The translations under genes were made by a program, and so were the position numbers. A DNA stretch of 64,000 nucleotides from Acidimicrobiia bacterium (GTDB lineage: Bacteria; Actinomycetota; Acidimicrobiia; IMCC26256; PALSA-610). A model generated the notes under the pieces. The model made no database searches and had not been told where the DNA came from. It was given only the letters and a program-made list of their open reading frames with translations. Location of the stretch: positions 171,965 through 235,964 of the forward strand of contig BPGH01000001.1 in assembly GCA_026002935.1 (NCBI GenBank). The letters are read 5' to 3'. Positions 15,157 to 26,620 of this stretch are shown here, piece by piece; position 1 is the stretch's first letter; every line of letters begins with the position of its first letter.

Positions 15157-17031
15157 TCAGAGCACGTAGACCGTGCGCAGGACCTCGGCGATGGTCGTCT
15201 TGTCCTCGTTCACGAGGCGTACGGCCTGTTCCCGCAGCGTCTTCATCCCCTGCGCGATCGCGAGGCGGCGCAGCTCGGCGTGCGGCGCCCCGGCGACGAT
15301 CAACTCCTTCATCTCGTCGGTGACCGCGAGCACCTCGTAGATGCCGAGCCGGTCGTAGAAGCCCGTCTGCCCGCAGAAGTTGCAGCCCGCGCCGTGGAGG
15401 AACTGGGCCTTGGCGGTGTCGCCGCCGCCGCGCTCGAAGAAGGAGCGTTCCTCGGCGGTCGGCCGGTACGGCTCGGCGCAGTGCTGGCAGATCCTGCGGA
15501 TGAGCCGCTGCCCGACGACGCCCAGCAACGACGACGCGATCAGGAACGACTCGATGCCCATGTCGATGAACCGGTGCAGCGCCGAGGTCGCGTCGGTCGC
15601 GTGCAGCGAGGACATCACGAAGTGCCCGGTGAGCGCGGCCTGCACGGCGATGCGGGCCGTCTCGACGTCGCGGATCTCACCGACGAGGATCGCGTCGGGG
15701 TCCTGGCGGAGGATCGACCGCAGCCCGCTCGCGAACGTGAGCCCGGCGGCCTCGTTGATCTGGATCTGGCTGATGCGCGGGAACACGTACTCGACCGGGT
15801 CCTCGATCGTGACCACGTTGAAGGCGTCGTCGACGATCGCGCTCAGGGTCGCATAGAGCGTCGTGGTCTTGCCCGAGCCGGTCGGACCGGCGCAGATGAC
15901 CATCCCGTAGGGAGACCGGACGAGGTCGTGGTACCGCTCGTAGGTGTCGGCCGACATGCCGAGCTGCGACAGCTCGATCATGCTGCGGGACTTGTCGAGG
16001 AGCCGCAGCACGCACTTCTCGCCGAACACGACCGGCGTCGTCGAGACCCGCACGTCCAGCTCGTGCCCCGCGACCTCGACGGCCATCTGCCCGTCCTGCG
16101 GCTTGCGCCGCTCGACGATGTTCATGTCGGCCATCACCTTGATGCGCGAGATCAGCGAGGGGCCCATCGCCGGGGGCAGGGCCATCACCTCGTGGAGCGC
16201 GCCGTCGGTGCGCACGCGGATGCGGACCTTGTCGGCGACCGGCTCGATGTGGACGTCGGAGGCGCGGTCGCGCACCGCCTGCTCCAGGATCAGGTTGACG
16301 ACCTTGACGATCGGCGCGTTCTCGTCGACGACGGTCTGCACCTGCGTCTCGGGCGCCGCGGTCGCCCGGCGGGCCTCGAGGCGCGCCTCGAAGATCCGCA
16401 GCGCGTCGCCGAGATCGGCCGCCGGGGTGTAGATGCGGTCGAAGACCCGGTCGATGTCGCTGCGCGCGGCCAGCAGCAGGCGCACCGGGTGCGCGAGCAG
16501 CTCGATGAGCTGCTCGACGAGGTTCTCGGCCAGCGGGTCCCCGACCGCGACCTCGATCCGGCCGCCGTCGCGGCGCACCGGCACGGCACCGAGGCGGCGG
16601 GCGTCCTCCTCGGGCAGCAGCGCGGCCACCTCCGGGTCGAGCTCCACCCGCCGCAGGTCGACGATCTCCATCGAGAGCTGCTCGGCGAGGACCTCCACGA
16701 GCGTGCGCTCACCGATGAGCCCCAGCTCGACGAGGATGTGCCCGAGGCGCTTGCCCGACCCGGTCTGGGCGGTGAGCGCGTCGCGCAGCTGGCCCTCGGA
16801 GACGAGGCCGCGACCGACCAGCATCTCGCCGAGCGGCCGCCCGCTGTGGACCGGCCCACCCTCACGCGCCGGCGCCGGGGGCTCGGACCCACCGGGCGCG
16901 GCGGCGGCCGCCGGCCGGTCGTCGTCGGGGAGGATCGTCGTGCCCTCGGTCGCGGCCGGCTCGGCGAACCGCTGCGCGATCGCCTGGCCGAACTCCTCCA
17001 GGGCGTCCTTGCGGGTCCGGGTCAGGCGCAC
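15157..17031 (-). CDS. pilB: Type IV pilus assembly ATPase PilB (GspE family) with a tandem MshEN-type N-terminal motif
   Basis: 624 aa. The N-terminus has PLGEMLVGRGLVSEGQLRDALTAQ followed by RLGHILVELGLIGERTLVEVLAEQ. It also has Walker A VICAGPTGSGKTTTLYA, the Asp box DPDAILVGEIRD, and the tetracysteine motif CQHC...CNFC. Confidence 0.9.
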   Translation of the reverse strand: MRLTRTRKDALEEFGQAIAQRFAEPAATEGTTILPDDDRPAAAAAPGGSEPPAPAREGGPVHSGRPLGEMLVGRGLVSEGQLRDALTAQTGSGKRLGHILVELGLIGERTLVEVLAEQLSMEIVDLRRVELDPEVAALLPEEDARRLGAVPVRRDGGRIEVAVGDPLAENLVEQLIELLAHPVRLLLAARSDIDRVFDRIYTPAADLGDALRIFEARLEARRATAAPETQVQTVVDENAPIVKVVNLILEQAVRDRASDVHIEPVADKVRIRVRTDGALHEVMALPPAMGPSLISRIKVMADMNIVERRKPQDGQMAVEVAGHELDVRVSTTPVVFGEKCVLRLLDKSRSMIELSQLGMSADTYERYHDLVRSPYGMVICAGPTGSGKTTTLYATLSAIVDDAFNVVTIEDPVEYVFPRISQIQINEAAGLTFASGLRSILRQDPDAILVGEIRDVETARIAVQAALTGHFVMSSLHATDATSALHRFIDMGIESFLIASSLLGVVGQRLIRRICQHCAEPYRPTAEERSFFERGGGDTAKAQFLHGAGCNFCGQTGFYDRLGIYEVLAVTDEMKELIVAGAPHAELRRLAIAQGMKTLREQAVRLVNEDKTTIAEVLRTVYVL

Positions 17032-17309
17032 CGCCCCACCCCCACGACCGCGCCCGCGCCCCGCGGGCGGGCGGGCCGGTGCGTGGCCGGCACGGCGGGC
17101 GACGGGTGCGGCGGGCCCGCCGCCGCAGGACGCGCCCCGGTCCCGGCGCCTCCCGTCCCCGTTGCCGACATCCCCACGCTCCCTTCACCGGACCGGGCGT
17201 CGTGTTCTCTTCGGCGCCCGCGGCCGCGAGGTGATGAGGAATTCGCCCGGACGGCGCGTCCTGCCAGGATCGGGAAGTGCCGCCAGGATCCGCCGGACGA
17301 GAAGTCCGG

Positions 17310-17801
17310 TCAGTCGTAGTAGCCCGAGTGGACGTACAGGCAGGGGATGCCCTCGGCGCGGAACATCTCCACGTTGCGGCGATCGTCCTCGAACGCGAGC
17401 ACCAGCGCGAACCCGGCCGCCCGCAGCTCCCACACCGTCGACTGCTTGAAGTCACGCGACAGCTCGTAGTCGCCCCACGGGCGCATGATCAGCAGGTCCC
17501 AGCGGATGCCGTAGCGGCGCAGCCACGCCTCGGTCAGGTGGTGCACCCGGTGCGGGCGGGCGGTGAGCAGCACGATCTGCAGGCCGGGGTCGAGCAGGTC
17601 GAGCAGCGTCCGCACCTCCTCGATCACCGGGTCCTCGCCGCAGGCGTCGAAGAATGCCCGCCAGTCCCGGCGCGGCGCCTCCAGGTAGTGCTGGCGGCCC
17701 GCGGCGTCCGACAGCACCCCGTCGATGTCGACGACGACGGCGCGCCCCGGTTCGAGCGGGCCGTGGTGCCAGGTCCAGTGCTCGGGGGCGTATCGGGTCA
17801 C
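17310..17801 (-). CDS. HAD-superfamily phosphatase-like protein
   Basis: 163 aa. HAD motif I is DxDGV (VVVDIDGVLSD). Motif II-like is LLTARP. An acidic motif (FEDD) lies near the C-terminus. Confidence 0.6.
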   Translation of the reverse strand: MTRYAPEHWTWHHGPLEPGRAVVVDIDGVLSDAAGRQHYLEAPRRDWRAFFDACGEDPVIEEVRTLLDLLDPGLQIVLLTARPHRVHHLTEAWLRRYGIRWDLLIMRPWGDYELSRDFKQSTVWELRAAGFALVLAFEDDRRNVEMFRAEGIPCLYVHSGYYD

Positions 17802-17872
17802 GGGTCTCGGGTCACGGGTTCGGCGGGACGGCCGCGCGCCGGCGACGGCGCGCGCCGGTCGGTCGGCGGGGC

Positions 17873-19828
<1,956 letters not shown>

Positions 19829-19855
19829 GCGACCTCCCCTCTCGTGGCGTGGAGG

Positions 19856-21004
19856 CTACCGGCGGCCGCCGGCGCGGAACACGACGACGGTGTGCGCCCC
19901 GAGCCCGCCCGGGTCGGTGAGCGCGTCCGCCTCCCGCACCCGGCTGCGCCCCGCGAGCGCGGCGAGGTCGCCCCGGGCCGCGCCCTCGTGCCAGGCGGCC
20001 CGTCCCTGCGCGACGAGCTCGTCGATGCCGAGCGTGCGCAGCCACTCGGCCTGCGAGGTGCGCGCCACCGTCTCGAGGCCGGCCCGGTGCGCGGCCCGTT
20101 CGAGCTGGACGTACAGCACGTCGCCGGTCACGTCCTGGGTGCCGGGAGCCTCGAGGGGGTGACCGCCCGGACCGTGCCCGCGGTAGGTGCGCAGCCAGCC
20201 GTCGCGCGGCGCTTCCATCACGTAGTCGACGACCACGAGGAATCCCCGCCGCAGCACCGCGCCGCACGCGTCGACCCACGCGTCGAGGCCCCGGGGGATC
20301 GGGACGCGCACGCCCGCGACCGGCACGTGGTCTCCCACGGGCGGCGGGTCGGGCAGCGGGACGAGCACCTCGCACAGCGCCCCGTCGGCACCGACCCCGA
20401 CGCGCACCTCGCGCCAGCCGGCCCCGTCGAACTGCGCGATCCCGAACGGCAGGTTGTCGAGCAGTTCGTTCGCGAACACCACCCCTTCGAAGGGGACGGC
20501 CGGAAGGTCCTCCAGGGCGGCCACGACCGGGCCCGCGGCGGGGACCGGCACCGGCTCGTCCTCCGTGGTGGCGTGCACGAACGGCCCGAGGGCCTCGTCG
20601 GCCGGCTCGAGCGGCAGGCGCTCCGCCTGCAGCGCCCGCAGCGGCGCCGACCGCTCGACCAGCACGTACCGCAGCGCGGGCGCGCACTCGGGGCCCGCGC
20701 GCAGCACGTCCCCGGCGAGGCGACCGCTCCCGGCGCCCGCCTCGACGACGAGGAACGGATCGGGTTCCCCGAGCGCGTGCCACCAGCGGTCGTGGGCGCG
20801 GGCGACGCACGCACCGAACAGCGAGCCCACCTCCGGCGACGTGACGAAGTCGCCGCCGTGCCGGCCGGCGCCCCCACCCGTTGCGAAGAAGCCGTGCTCG
20901 GGGTCGTACAGCGCGAGCTCCATGAACACGTCGAACGGGATCGGGCCCTCGCGCCGGATGCGCTGCGCGATGGTCCGGGTCAGTACGTGCCCTGGCGGGG
21001 CCAC
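19856..21004 (-). CDS. MidA/NDUFAF7-family (DUF185) SAM-dependent methyltransferase
   Basis: IPFDVFMELALYDPEHGFFATGGGAGRHGGDFVTSPEVGSLFG is followed by the SAM-binding VVEAGAGSGRLAGDVL and later NELLDNLP. GTG at 21004 lies 16 nt below the nuoN stop. Confidence 0.7.
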   Translation of the reverse strand: MAPPGHVLTRTIAQRIRREGPIPFDVFMELALYDPEHGFFATGGGAGRHGGDFVTSPEVGSLFGACVARAHDRWWHALGEPDPFLVVEAGAGSGRLAGDVLRAGPECAPALRYVLVERSAPLRALQAERLPLEPADEALGPFVHATTEDEPVPVPAAGPVVAALEDLPAVPFEGVVFANELLDNLPFGIAQFDGAGWREVRVGVGADGALCEVLVPLPDPPPVGDHVPVAGVRVPIPRGLDAWVDACGAVLRRGFLVVVDYVMEAPRDGWLRTYRGHGPGGHPLEAPGTQDVTGDVLYVQLERAAHRAGLETVARTSQAEWLRTLGIDELVAQGRAAWHEGAARGDLAALAGRSRVREADALTDPGGLGAHTVVVFRAGGRR

Positions 21005-21020
21005 GATCCTGCCGACGGGG

Positions 21021-22508
21021 TCAGAAGGCGAGCTCCCCGACCCGAGCGAAGAGCTGCGGGTAGACACCCACCACGAGCGTGACGGCGGCCGTGATCGCGA
21101 GGGCACCCGTGAGCGCGTACGGCACCTCGATCTCGCTTCGGTCCTCGCCGGCGGGCTCCTTGAACCACATCTGGCGCATCACGCCCGCGTAGTAGAAGAA
21201 CGCGATCACCGAGTTGACGCCGGCGACGACCGCCAGCGTGATCCCCCACGCGCCACCGGCCTCGACCGCCGACTGGAACATCACGAACTTGGCGAACCAC
21301 CCGGCGAGCGGCGGGATCCCGGCGAGCGAGGCCATGAAGACGGTCATGAGCACGGCGAGCGTCGGCGACGTCTGGAAGAGCCCGGCGAACGAGGAGATCT
21401 CGGCCGACCGGGTGCGGCGGGCGGCGGCGATGACGACCGCGAACGCGCCGAGGTTCATCGCTCCGTACACGAGCAGGTAGATCACGACCGCCCCGAAGGC
21501 CGTGTCGGCCTGCCCGAGGTCGCCCGCCGCGCCCGCGATGCCCGCGGCCGCGAACGGCACGAGCATGAACCCGCCCTGCGCGACCGACGAGTAGGCGAGC
21601 ATCCGGACCACGTTGGTCTGGCGGAGCGCGGCGAGGTTGCCCAGCGTCATCGACAGCGCCGCCAGCACCCAGATGACGGGCCACCACAGCTCCGTGCCCG
21701 CGCCGTCGACGCCGTAGAAGCCGAAGAAGACGATGTTGAGCAGCGCCACGAAGCCGCCCGCCTTCGACGACACGGAGAGGAACGCCGTCACGGGTGTCGG
21801 CGCCCCCTCGTAGGTGTCGGGCGCCCAGAAGTGGAAGGGCACCGCGCTCACCTTGAAGGCGAAGCCGACCAGCGAGAGGAACACCGCGACCGCGAGCAGG
21901 GGCGGCGCACCCGCGGCGCTCACCTGCGCACCGATCTCGGCGAGGCGGGTCGAGCCCGCGTAGCCGAAGATCAGCGACATGCCGTAGAGCATCAGCGCCG
22001 ACGACAGCACGCCGATCACGTAGTACTTCACCCCGGCCTCGTTCGAGACCCGGTCGTGCTTGCGGTACGCGGCGAGCACGAACGTCGGGATCGAGATCGT
22101 CTCGAGGGCCACGAACATCGTGATCAGGTCCCGCGCGCTCGCCATGACGCTCATGCCGAGCACCGACGTGAGCAACAGGAAGTAGAACTCGCCCCGGTAG
22201 TAGTCGCCCTCCTGGATGTAGTCGACCGACAGGAGGATCGTGACGTAGGCGGCGACGAGGAAGAACGCCTTGAGGGCGAGCGCGTAGTTGTCGACCACGT
22301 ACGCGCCGTCGAACATCGCCCGGTCGGCGCCGTCGTTCGCGAGCGTCACGACGGGCACGAGCGCGGCGAGGACGCCGATGGCCGCGATGCGCGACACCTG
22401 CGTGGCGTCGCGGTCGGGCAGGAGGAACGTCGCCACGAGGGTCAGCAGGACCGTCGCCGCGAGGACGACATCGGGTGCGAGCGCGTGCCAGTCGAAGACC
22501 GGGTTCAC
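21021..22508 (-). CDS. nuoN: NADH-quinone oxidoreductase subunit N, operon 1 (11-gene set)
   Basis: 495 aa, intact, polytopic antiporter-like subunit (...FHFWAPDTYEGAPTPVTAFLS...). It is the last gene of the operon. Confidence 0.9.
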   Translation of the reverse strand: MNPVFDWHALAPDVVLAATVLLTLVATFLLPDRDATQVSRIAAIGVLAALVPVVTLANDGADRAMFDGAYVVDNYALALKAFFLVAAYVTILLSVDYIQEGDYYRGEFYFLLLTSVLGMSVMASARDLITMFVALETISIPTFVLAAYRKHDRVSNEAGVKYYVIGVLSSALMLYGMSLIFGYAGSTRLAEIGAQVSAAGAPPLLAVAVFLSLVGFAFKVSAVPFHFWAPDTYEGAPTPVTAFLSVSSKAGGFVALLNIVFFGFYGVDGAGTELWWPVIWVLAALSMTLGNLAALRQTNVVRMLAYSSVAQGGFMLVPFAAAGIAGAAGDLGQADTAFGAVVIYLLVYGAMNLGAFAVVIAAARRTRSAEISSFAGLFQTSPTLAVLMTVFMASLAGIPPLAGWFAKFVMFQSAVEAGGAWGITLAVVAGVNSVIAFFYYAGVMRQMWFKEPAGEDRSEIEVPYALTGALAITAAVTLVVGVYPQLFARVGELAF

Positions 22509-22509
22509 G

Positions 22510-24039
22510 TCAACCGCCGAACACGTTCGCGATCTGGGTCACCGCGTCGTCGGTGACGCCGAACAGCAGGTTGGGGAAGATGCCGAGGACGAGGATCAGC
22601 ACCAGCATGGGGAGCCACGCCGTCCACTCGTAGGCGTTGACGTCGTGGACGTGCGCGTGCTCGAACTCGGGCTTCGGGGTGCCGAAGGCGACCTTCTGCA
22701 GCATCCACAGGAGGTAGCCGGCGGCGAGTACGGTACCGATCGCGGCGACGACCATGTACGTGCGGAACGTCTCGACCGGCAGGCCCTCGGCCGGGCTGAA
22801 CGCCGAGAGGATGGCCGGGAACTCGCCCCAGAAGCCGGCGAGGCCGGGCAGCCCGAGGCTCGCCATGGCGCAGAACCCGAGGATCCAGCCCATCTTCGGC
22901 GCCTGCACGAGCAGCCCGCCGAGGCGCGACAGCTCACGCGTGTGGAAGTTGTGCTGCACCGACCCGGCGAGGAAGAACAGCATCCCGGTGATGAGCCCGT
23001 GGGCGACCATCCCGAAGATCGCGGCGTTGATGCCGAAGTCGGTGAGCGTCGCGATGCCGAGCATCACGAACCCCATGTGCGCGACCGACGAGAACGCGAT
23101 CAGGCGTTTCATGTCCGACTGCGCGAGGCACCCCAGCGCGCCGTAGACGATCCCGATCACCGCCAGCAGGCCGATCCACGGCGCCCAGTCCTCGGCGGCG
23201 TCGGGGAGCATCGGCAGCGCGATGCGCACGAACCCGTAGGTCCCGAGCTTCAGCAGGATCGCGGCCAGCAGCACCGATCCGACGGTGGGCGCCTCCGTGT
23301 GCGCATCGGGCAGCCAGGTGTGGAACGGGAACATCGGCACCTTGATCGCGAAGCCGAGGAACAGCCCCGCGAAGATGAGGTTCGCCGTGCCACGCGTGAG
23401 GCCCGCGCCGGCCGCCTCGGAGAGCGCCACCATGTCGAAGGTGTTGCCGCCCGGGACGTCGACCTTGAAGTACAGGGCGAGGAAGCCGAGGAGCATCATC
23501 GCCGAGCCGAACAGGGTGAACAGGAAGAACTTGATCGACGCGTACTCGCGGTTCGGGCCGCCCCAGACGCCGATCATGAAGAACATCGGGAGCAGGACCA
23601 CCTCGAAGAAGATGAAGAAGAGGATCAGGTCCTGCGCGACGAAGGTGCCGTTCATGCCGACCTCGAGGACGAGCATGAGGGCGAGGAACGCCTTCGGGTT
23701 GTGGGGCTCGGGGAAGTGGTTCCAGGAGTAGATGACGCACAGGAGCGTGACGAACGCCGACAGCGCCAGCAGCGGGAGCGAGATGCCGTCGATCGCGACG
23801 TGGTAGCGGCTGTTGATGACGTCGATCCAGCGGTTGTTCAGCTCGAACTGGAGCTCACCGCTGCGGTCGTAGTCGAAGTCGGCCAGGATGCCGACGACGA
23901 CGCCGAACGTCGCGAGGGTGGTGACCAGCGCGACCGTCTTGATGAGCTGCTCCTCCGCACGCGGGATGAGCATCACGATCAGCGCGCCGACGCCCGGCAG
24001 GAACACCGCCAGGCTCAGTGCCCACTCCGACCATTCCAT
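22510..24039 (-). CDS. nuoM: NADH-quinone oxidoreductase subunit M, operon 1
   Basis: 509 aa, intact (...FPFHTWLPDAHTEAPTVGSVLLAAILLKLGTYG...). GGAGGGG ribosome-binding site. Confidence 0.9.
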   Translation of the reverse strand: MEWSEWALSLAVFLPGVGALIVMLIPRAEEQLIKTVALVTTLATFGVVVGILADFDYDRSGELQFELNNRWIDVINSRYHVAIDGISLPLLALSAFVTLLCVIYSWNHFPEPHNPKAFLALMLVLEVGMNGTFVAQDLILFFIFFEVVLLPMFFMIGVWGGPNREYASIKFFLFTLFGSAMMLLGFLALYFKVDVPGGNTFDMVALSEAAGAGLTRGTANLIFAGLFLGFAIKVPMFPFHTWLPDAHTEAPTVGSVLLAAILLKLGTYGFVRIALPMLPDAAEDWAPWIGLLAVIGIVYGALGCLAQSDMKRLIAFSSVAHMGFVMLGIATLTDFGINAAIFGMVAHGLITGMLFFLAGSVQHNFHTRELSRLGGLLVQAPKMGWILGFCAMASLGLPGLAGFWGEFPAILSAFSPAEGLPVETFRTYMVVAAIGTVLAAGYLLWMLQKVAFGTPKPEFEHAHVHDVNAYEWTAWLPMLVLILVLGIFPNLLFGVTDDAVTQIANVFGG

Positions 24040-24057
24040 CGAGTGAATTCCCCTCCG

Positions 24058-26301
24058 CTAGCCCGCGACCCACAGCAACGCCGCGAACACCACGACGGCG
24101 GCGACGAGCAGGAACGCGTAGAACTGGAGCCGACCGGTCTGGATGGTGCGGACGGCGCCCCCCGCCTCCCCGGTCGTCAGGCCGATGCCGTTCACGACGC
24201 CGTCGACGCCCTTCTGGTCGACGTAGTCGTACGTGACCCTGCCGAGCGCCCGGGCGCCGCGGCCGGTGTAGTTCAGGACGTTGTCGATCACGTGCTGGTT
24301 GAACCAGTACGCGGCGCGGGCGAGCGGCGCCTTCACGAAGCCGACGACGACGTCGGTGTAGAGGTGGTCGAGGTAGTACTTCTCGACCAGGAAGCGCTTG
24401 CCCGCGCGGGCCACGGCGTTGCGCTCGGCGAGCCGTTGCGGCCCGAGCCCGAGCCAGTAGTACGCGTACGACGCGCCGATCCCGAGCAGCGCGATCGCCA
24501 CCGAGATCACCGCCTTGGTCCAGTCGAACGCGTGGTGCTCGACGGGCACGAACGCGACGGTCGGCTCGACCCACTCCTGGAACTTCTCGATGTCGAAGGC
24601 GGTCGCGTTCAGGAAGCCGGCGAAGACGGAGAACACCGAGAGCACGACGAGCGGCACCGTGATCAGTCCGGGGCTCTCGTGGGGCGCGCCGTGATGGCCG
24701 TCGTCGTGGGCGTGCGCCGTCGCGACGGGTAGCCGGTCGTCCTCGTGCCGGTCCTGCGCCTCGGCGAGGTGGTGCTCCACGACCTCGTCGCCGGCCGCGT
24801 GCGAGGGGTCCGCGTGGGCGTGGTCACCGCCGCGGTACTCGCCGAAGAACACGTAGTACACGCAGCGGGTCATGTACGCCGCGGTCATGAACGCACCGAC
24901 GAGCCCCACGACGAGGAACAACTCGTAGCCGTTCTCCCCCGCCCCCAGCAGGATCTCGTCCTTCGACCAGAAGCCCGCGAGCGGGAAGATGCCGGCGAGC
25001 GCGAGCGTGCCGATCAGGAAGGTTCGGTAGGTCGTCGGCATCACGGTGCGCAGGCCGCCCATGTCCTTCTTCATGTCGAAGGAGTGGTGCGACCCCGAGT
25101 GGCTCACCGAGCCGGCACCGAGGAACAGGTTCGCCTTGAAGAACGCGTGGGTGAAGAGGTGGAACACCGCGGCCGTCCACGCGCCGACGCCGAGACCCAT
25201 CACCATGTAGCCGAGCTGGCTGATCGTCGAGTACGCGAGGACCTTCTTGACGTCGTCCTGCACGAAGGCGAGCGCCGCGCCGATGATCACGGTGATGCCG
25301 CCCACGGCGGCCATCAGGTTGACCCCGCCGTCGTCGATCGAGAAGCCCTCCCAGAACACGGGGTACACCCGGGCGCCGAGGTACACGCCGGCGACGACCA
25401 TCGTGGCCGCGTGGATGAGCGCCGAGACGGGCGTCGGGCCCGCCATCGCGTCGGGCAGCCACGTGTGCAGCGGGAACTGACCGGACTTGCCGATGATGCC
25501 GAGGAGCAGCGCGGCCGCCGTCCAGAACAGGAGGGTGTGGCCGACCTCGCCGGAGGTCGCGGCCTCGTTCACCGCCAGGATGCTGAACGAGCCCTCGCCG
25601 GTCGCACGCTCCACGACGAAGTACGTCATGATCACGCCGGTCAGCAGCCCGATGTCACCGGTCCGCGTGGTCAGGAACGCCTTGAGCGCCGCGTCGGAGT
25701 TCGGCTTCTCCTCCCACCAGTGCCCGATCAGCATGAAGGAGCAGAGGCCGACGAGCTCCCAGCCGACCAGGAGCTGCAGCGTGTTGTCGGCGACGACGAG
25801 CGTGAGCATCGACGCCGTGAACAGGCTCAGCGCGGCGTAGTAGTGGGTGAACCGCCGGTCACCGCGCATGTACTCGGTCGAGTACACGTGCACGAGCAGC
25901 GAGATCAGCGTGACGACGAACATCATCATCACGGCGAGCCCGTCGATCTGGATGCCGACGCCGAGCTCGACGCCACCGTTCTGGAACCACGTGGTGTGGC
26001 GCGTGACCGGCTCGACCACCGCGCCGTGCGCCTCCTCGGCGCCCAGCCGGCCGACGCTCCGGCCGAGCGCGCCGATCACGCGCGCCAGTGCGTGACCGCC
26101 CTCGGCGTCGGCGCCCTCGGCGTCGGCGACGCGCTGGATCCACTGCAGCGCCGCCCCGCACGCGAGGACGAACGAGGCACCCACCGCGGCGACGCCGACC
26201 TCCGAGCCCTGCTTCGGGAGCCGCTTGCCGACGAGCAGGATGACGGCGAACGAGACCGCCGGGACCAGCGGGACGAGCCACGCGTTCTCGAGGAACCACA
26301 T
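24058..26301 (-). CDS. nuoL: NADH-quinone oxidoreductase subunit L, operon 1
   Basis: 747 aa, intact (...QFPLHTWLPDAMAGPTPVSALIHAATMVVAGVYL...). It has a His/Asp-rich loop and a C-terminal lateral helix region. Confidence 0.9.
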   Translation of the reverse strand: MWFLENAWLVPLVPAVSFAVILLVGKRLPKQGSEVGVAAVGASFVLACGAALQWIQRVADAEGADAEGGHALARVIGALGRSVGRLGAEEAHGAVVEPVTRHTTWFQNGGVELGVGIQIDGLAVMMMFVVTLISLLVHVYSTEYMRGDRRFTHYYAALSLFTASMLTLVVADNTLQLLVGWELVGLCSFMLIGHWWEEKPNSDAALKAFLTTRTGDIGLLTGVIMTYFVVERATGEGSFSILAVNEAATSGEVGHTLLFWTAAALLLGIIGKSGQFPLHTWLPDAMAGPTPVSALIHAATMVVAGVYLGARVYPVFWEGFSIDDGGVNLMAAVGGITVIIGAALAFVQDDVKKVLAYSTISQLGYMVMGLGVGAWTAAVFHLFTHAFFKANLFLGAGSVSHSGSHHSFDMKKDMGGLRTVMPTTYRTFLIGTLALAGIFPLAGFWSKDEILLGAGENGYELFLVVGLVGAFMTAAYMTRCVYYVFFGEYRGGDHAHADPSHAAGDEVVEHHLAEAQDRHEDDRLPVATAHAHDDGHHGAPHESPGLITVPLVVLSVFSVFAGFLNATAFDIEKFQEWVEPTVAFVPVEHHAFDWTKAVISVAIALLGIGASYAYYWLGLGPQRLAERNAVARAGKRFLVEKYYLDHLYTDVVVGFVKAPLARAAYWFNQHVIDNVLNYTGRGARALGRVTYDYVDQKGVDGVVNGIGLTTGEAGGAVRTIQTGRLQFYAFLLVAAVVVFAALLWVAG

Positions 26302-26310
26302 GAGCGCCGG

Positions 26311-26610
26311 CTACCCCTTCAGCACGTCGACGTCGTCGAGGTCGGAGCTGTGCAGGTTGCGGAAGATCAGGAGCACGATCGCGAGGCCGACGCCGACCTC
26401 GGCCGCGGCGATCGTCAGCACGAACAGCGCGAAGACCTGCCCGGCGACGCTGCCGCTGAACGCCCCGAACGCGACGAGGTTGATGTTCACGGCGGCGAGC
26501 ATCAGCTCGATGCTCATCAGCACGAGCACGGTGTGGCGGCGGGTGAGGACCCCGTACACCCCCGTCCCGAACAGGACCGCGCCGAGCAAGAGGAACTGGT
26601 TCAGCAGCAT
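26311..26610 (-). CDS. nuoK: NADH-quinone oxidoreductase subunit K, operon 1
   Basis: 99 aa with three TM helices (MLLNQFLLLGAVLFGTGVYGVLTRR...AAAEVGVGLAIVLLIFRN). Confidence 0.9.
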   Translation of the reverse strand: MLLNQFLLLGAVLFGTGVYGVLTRRHTVLVLMSIELMLAAVNINLVAFGAFSGSVAGQVFALFVLTIAAAEVGVGLAIVLLIFRNLHSSDLDDVDVLKG

Positions 26611-26620
26611 CGATCGCTCC

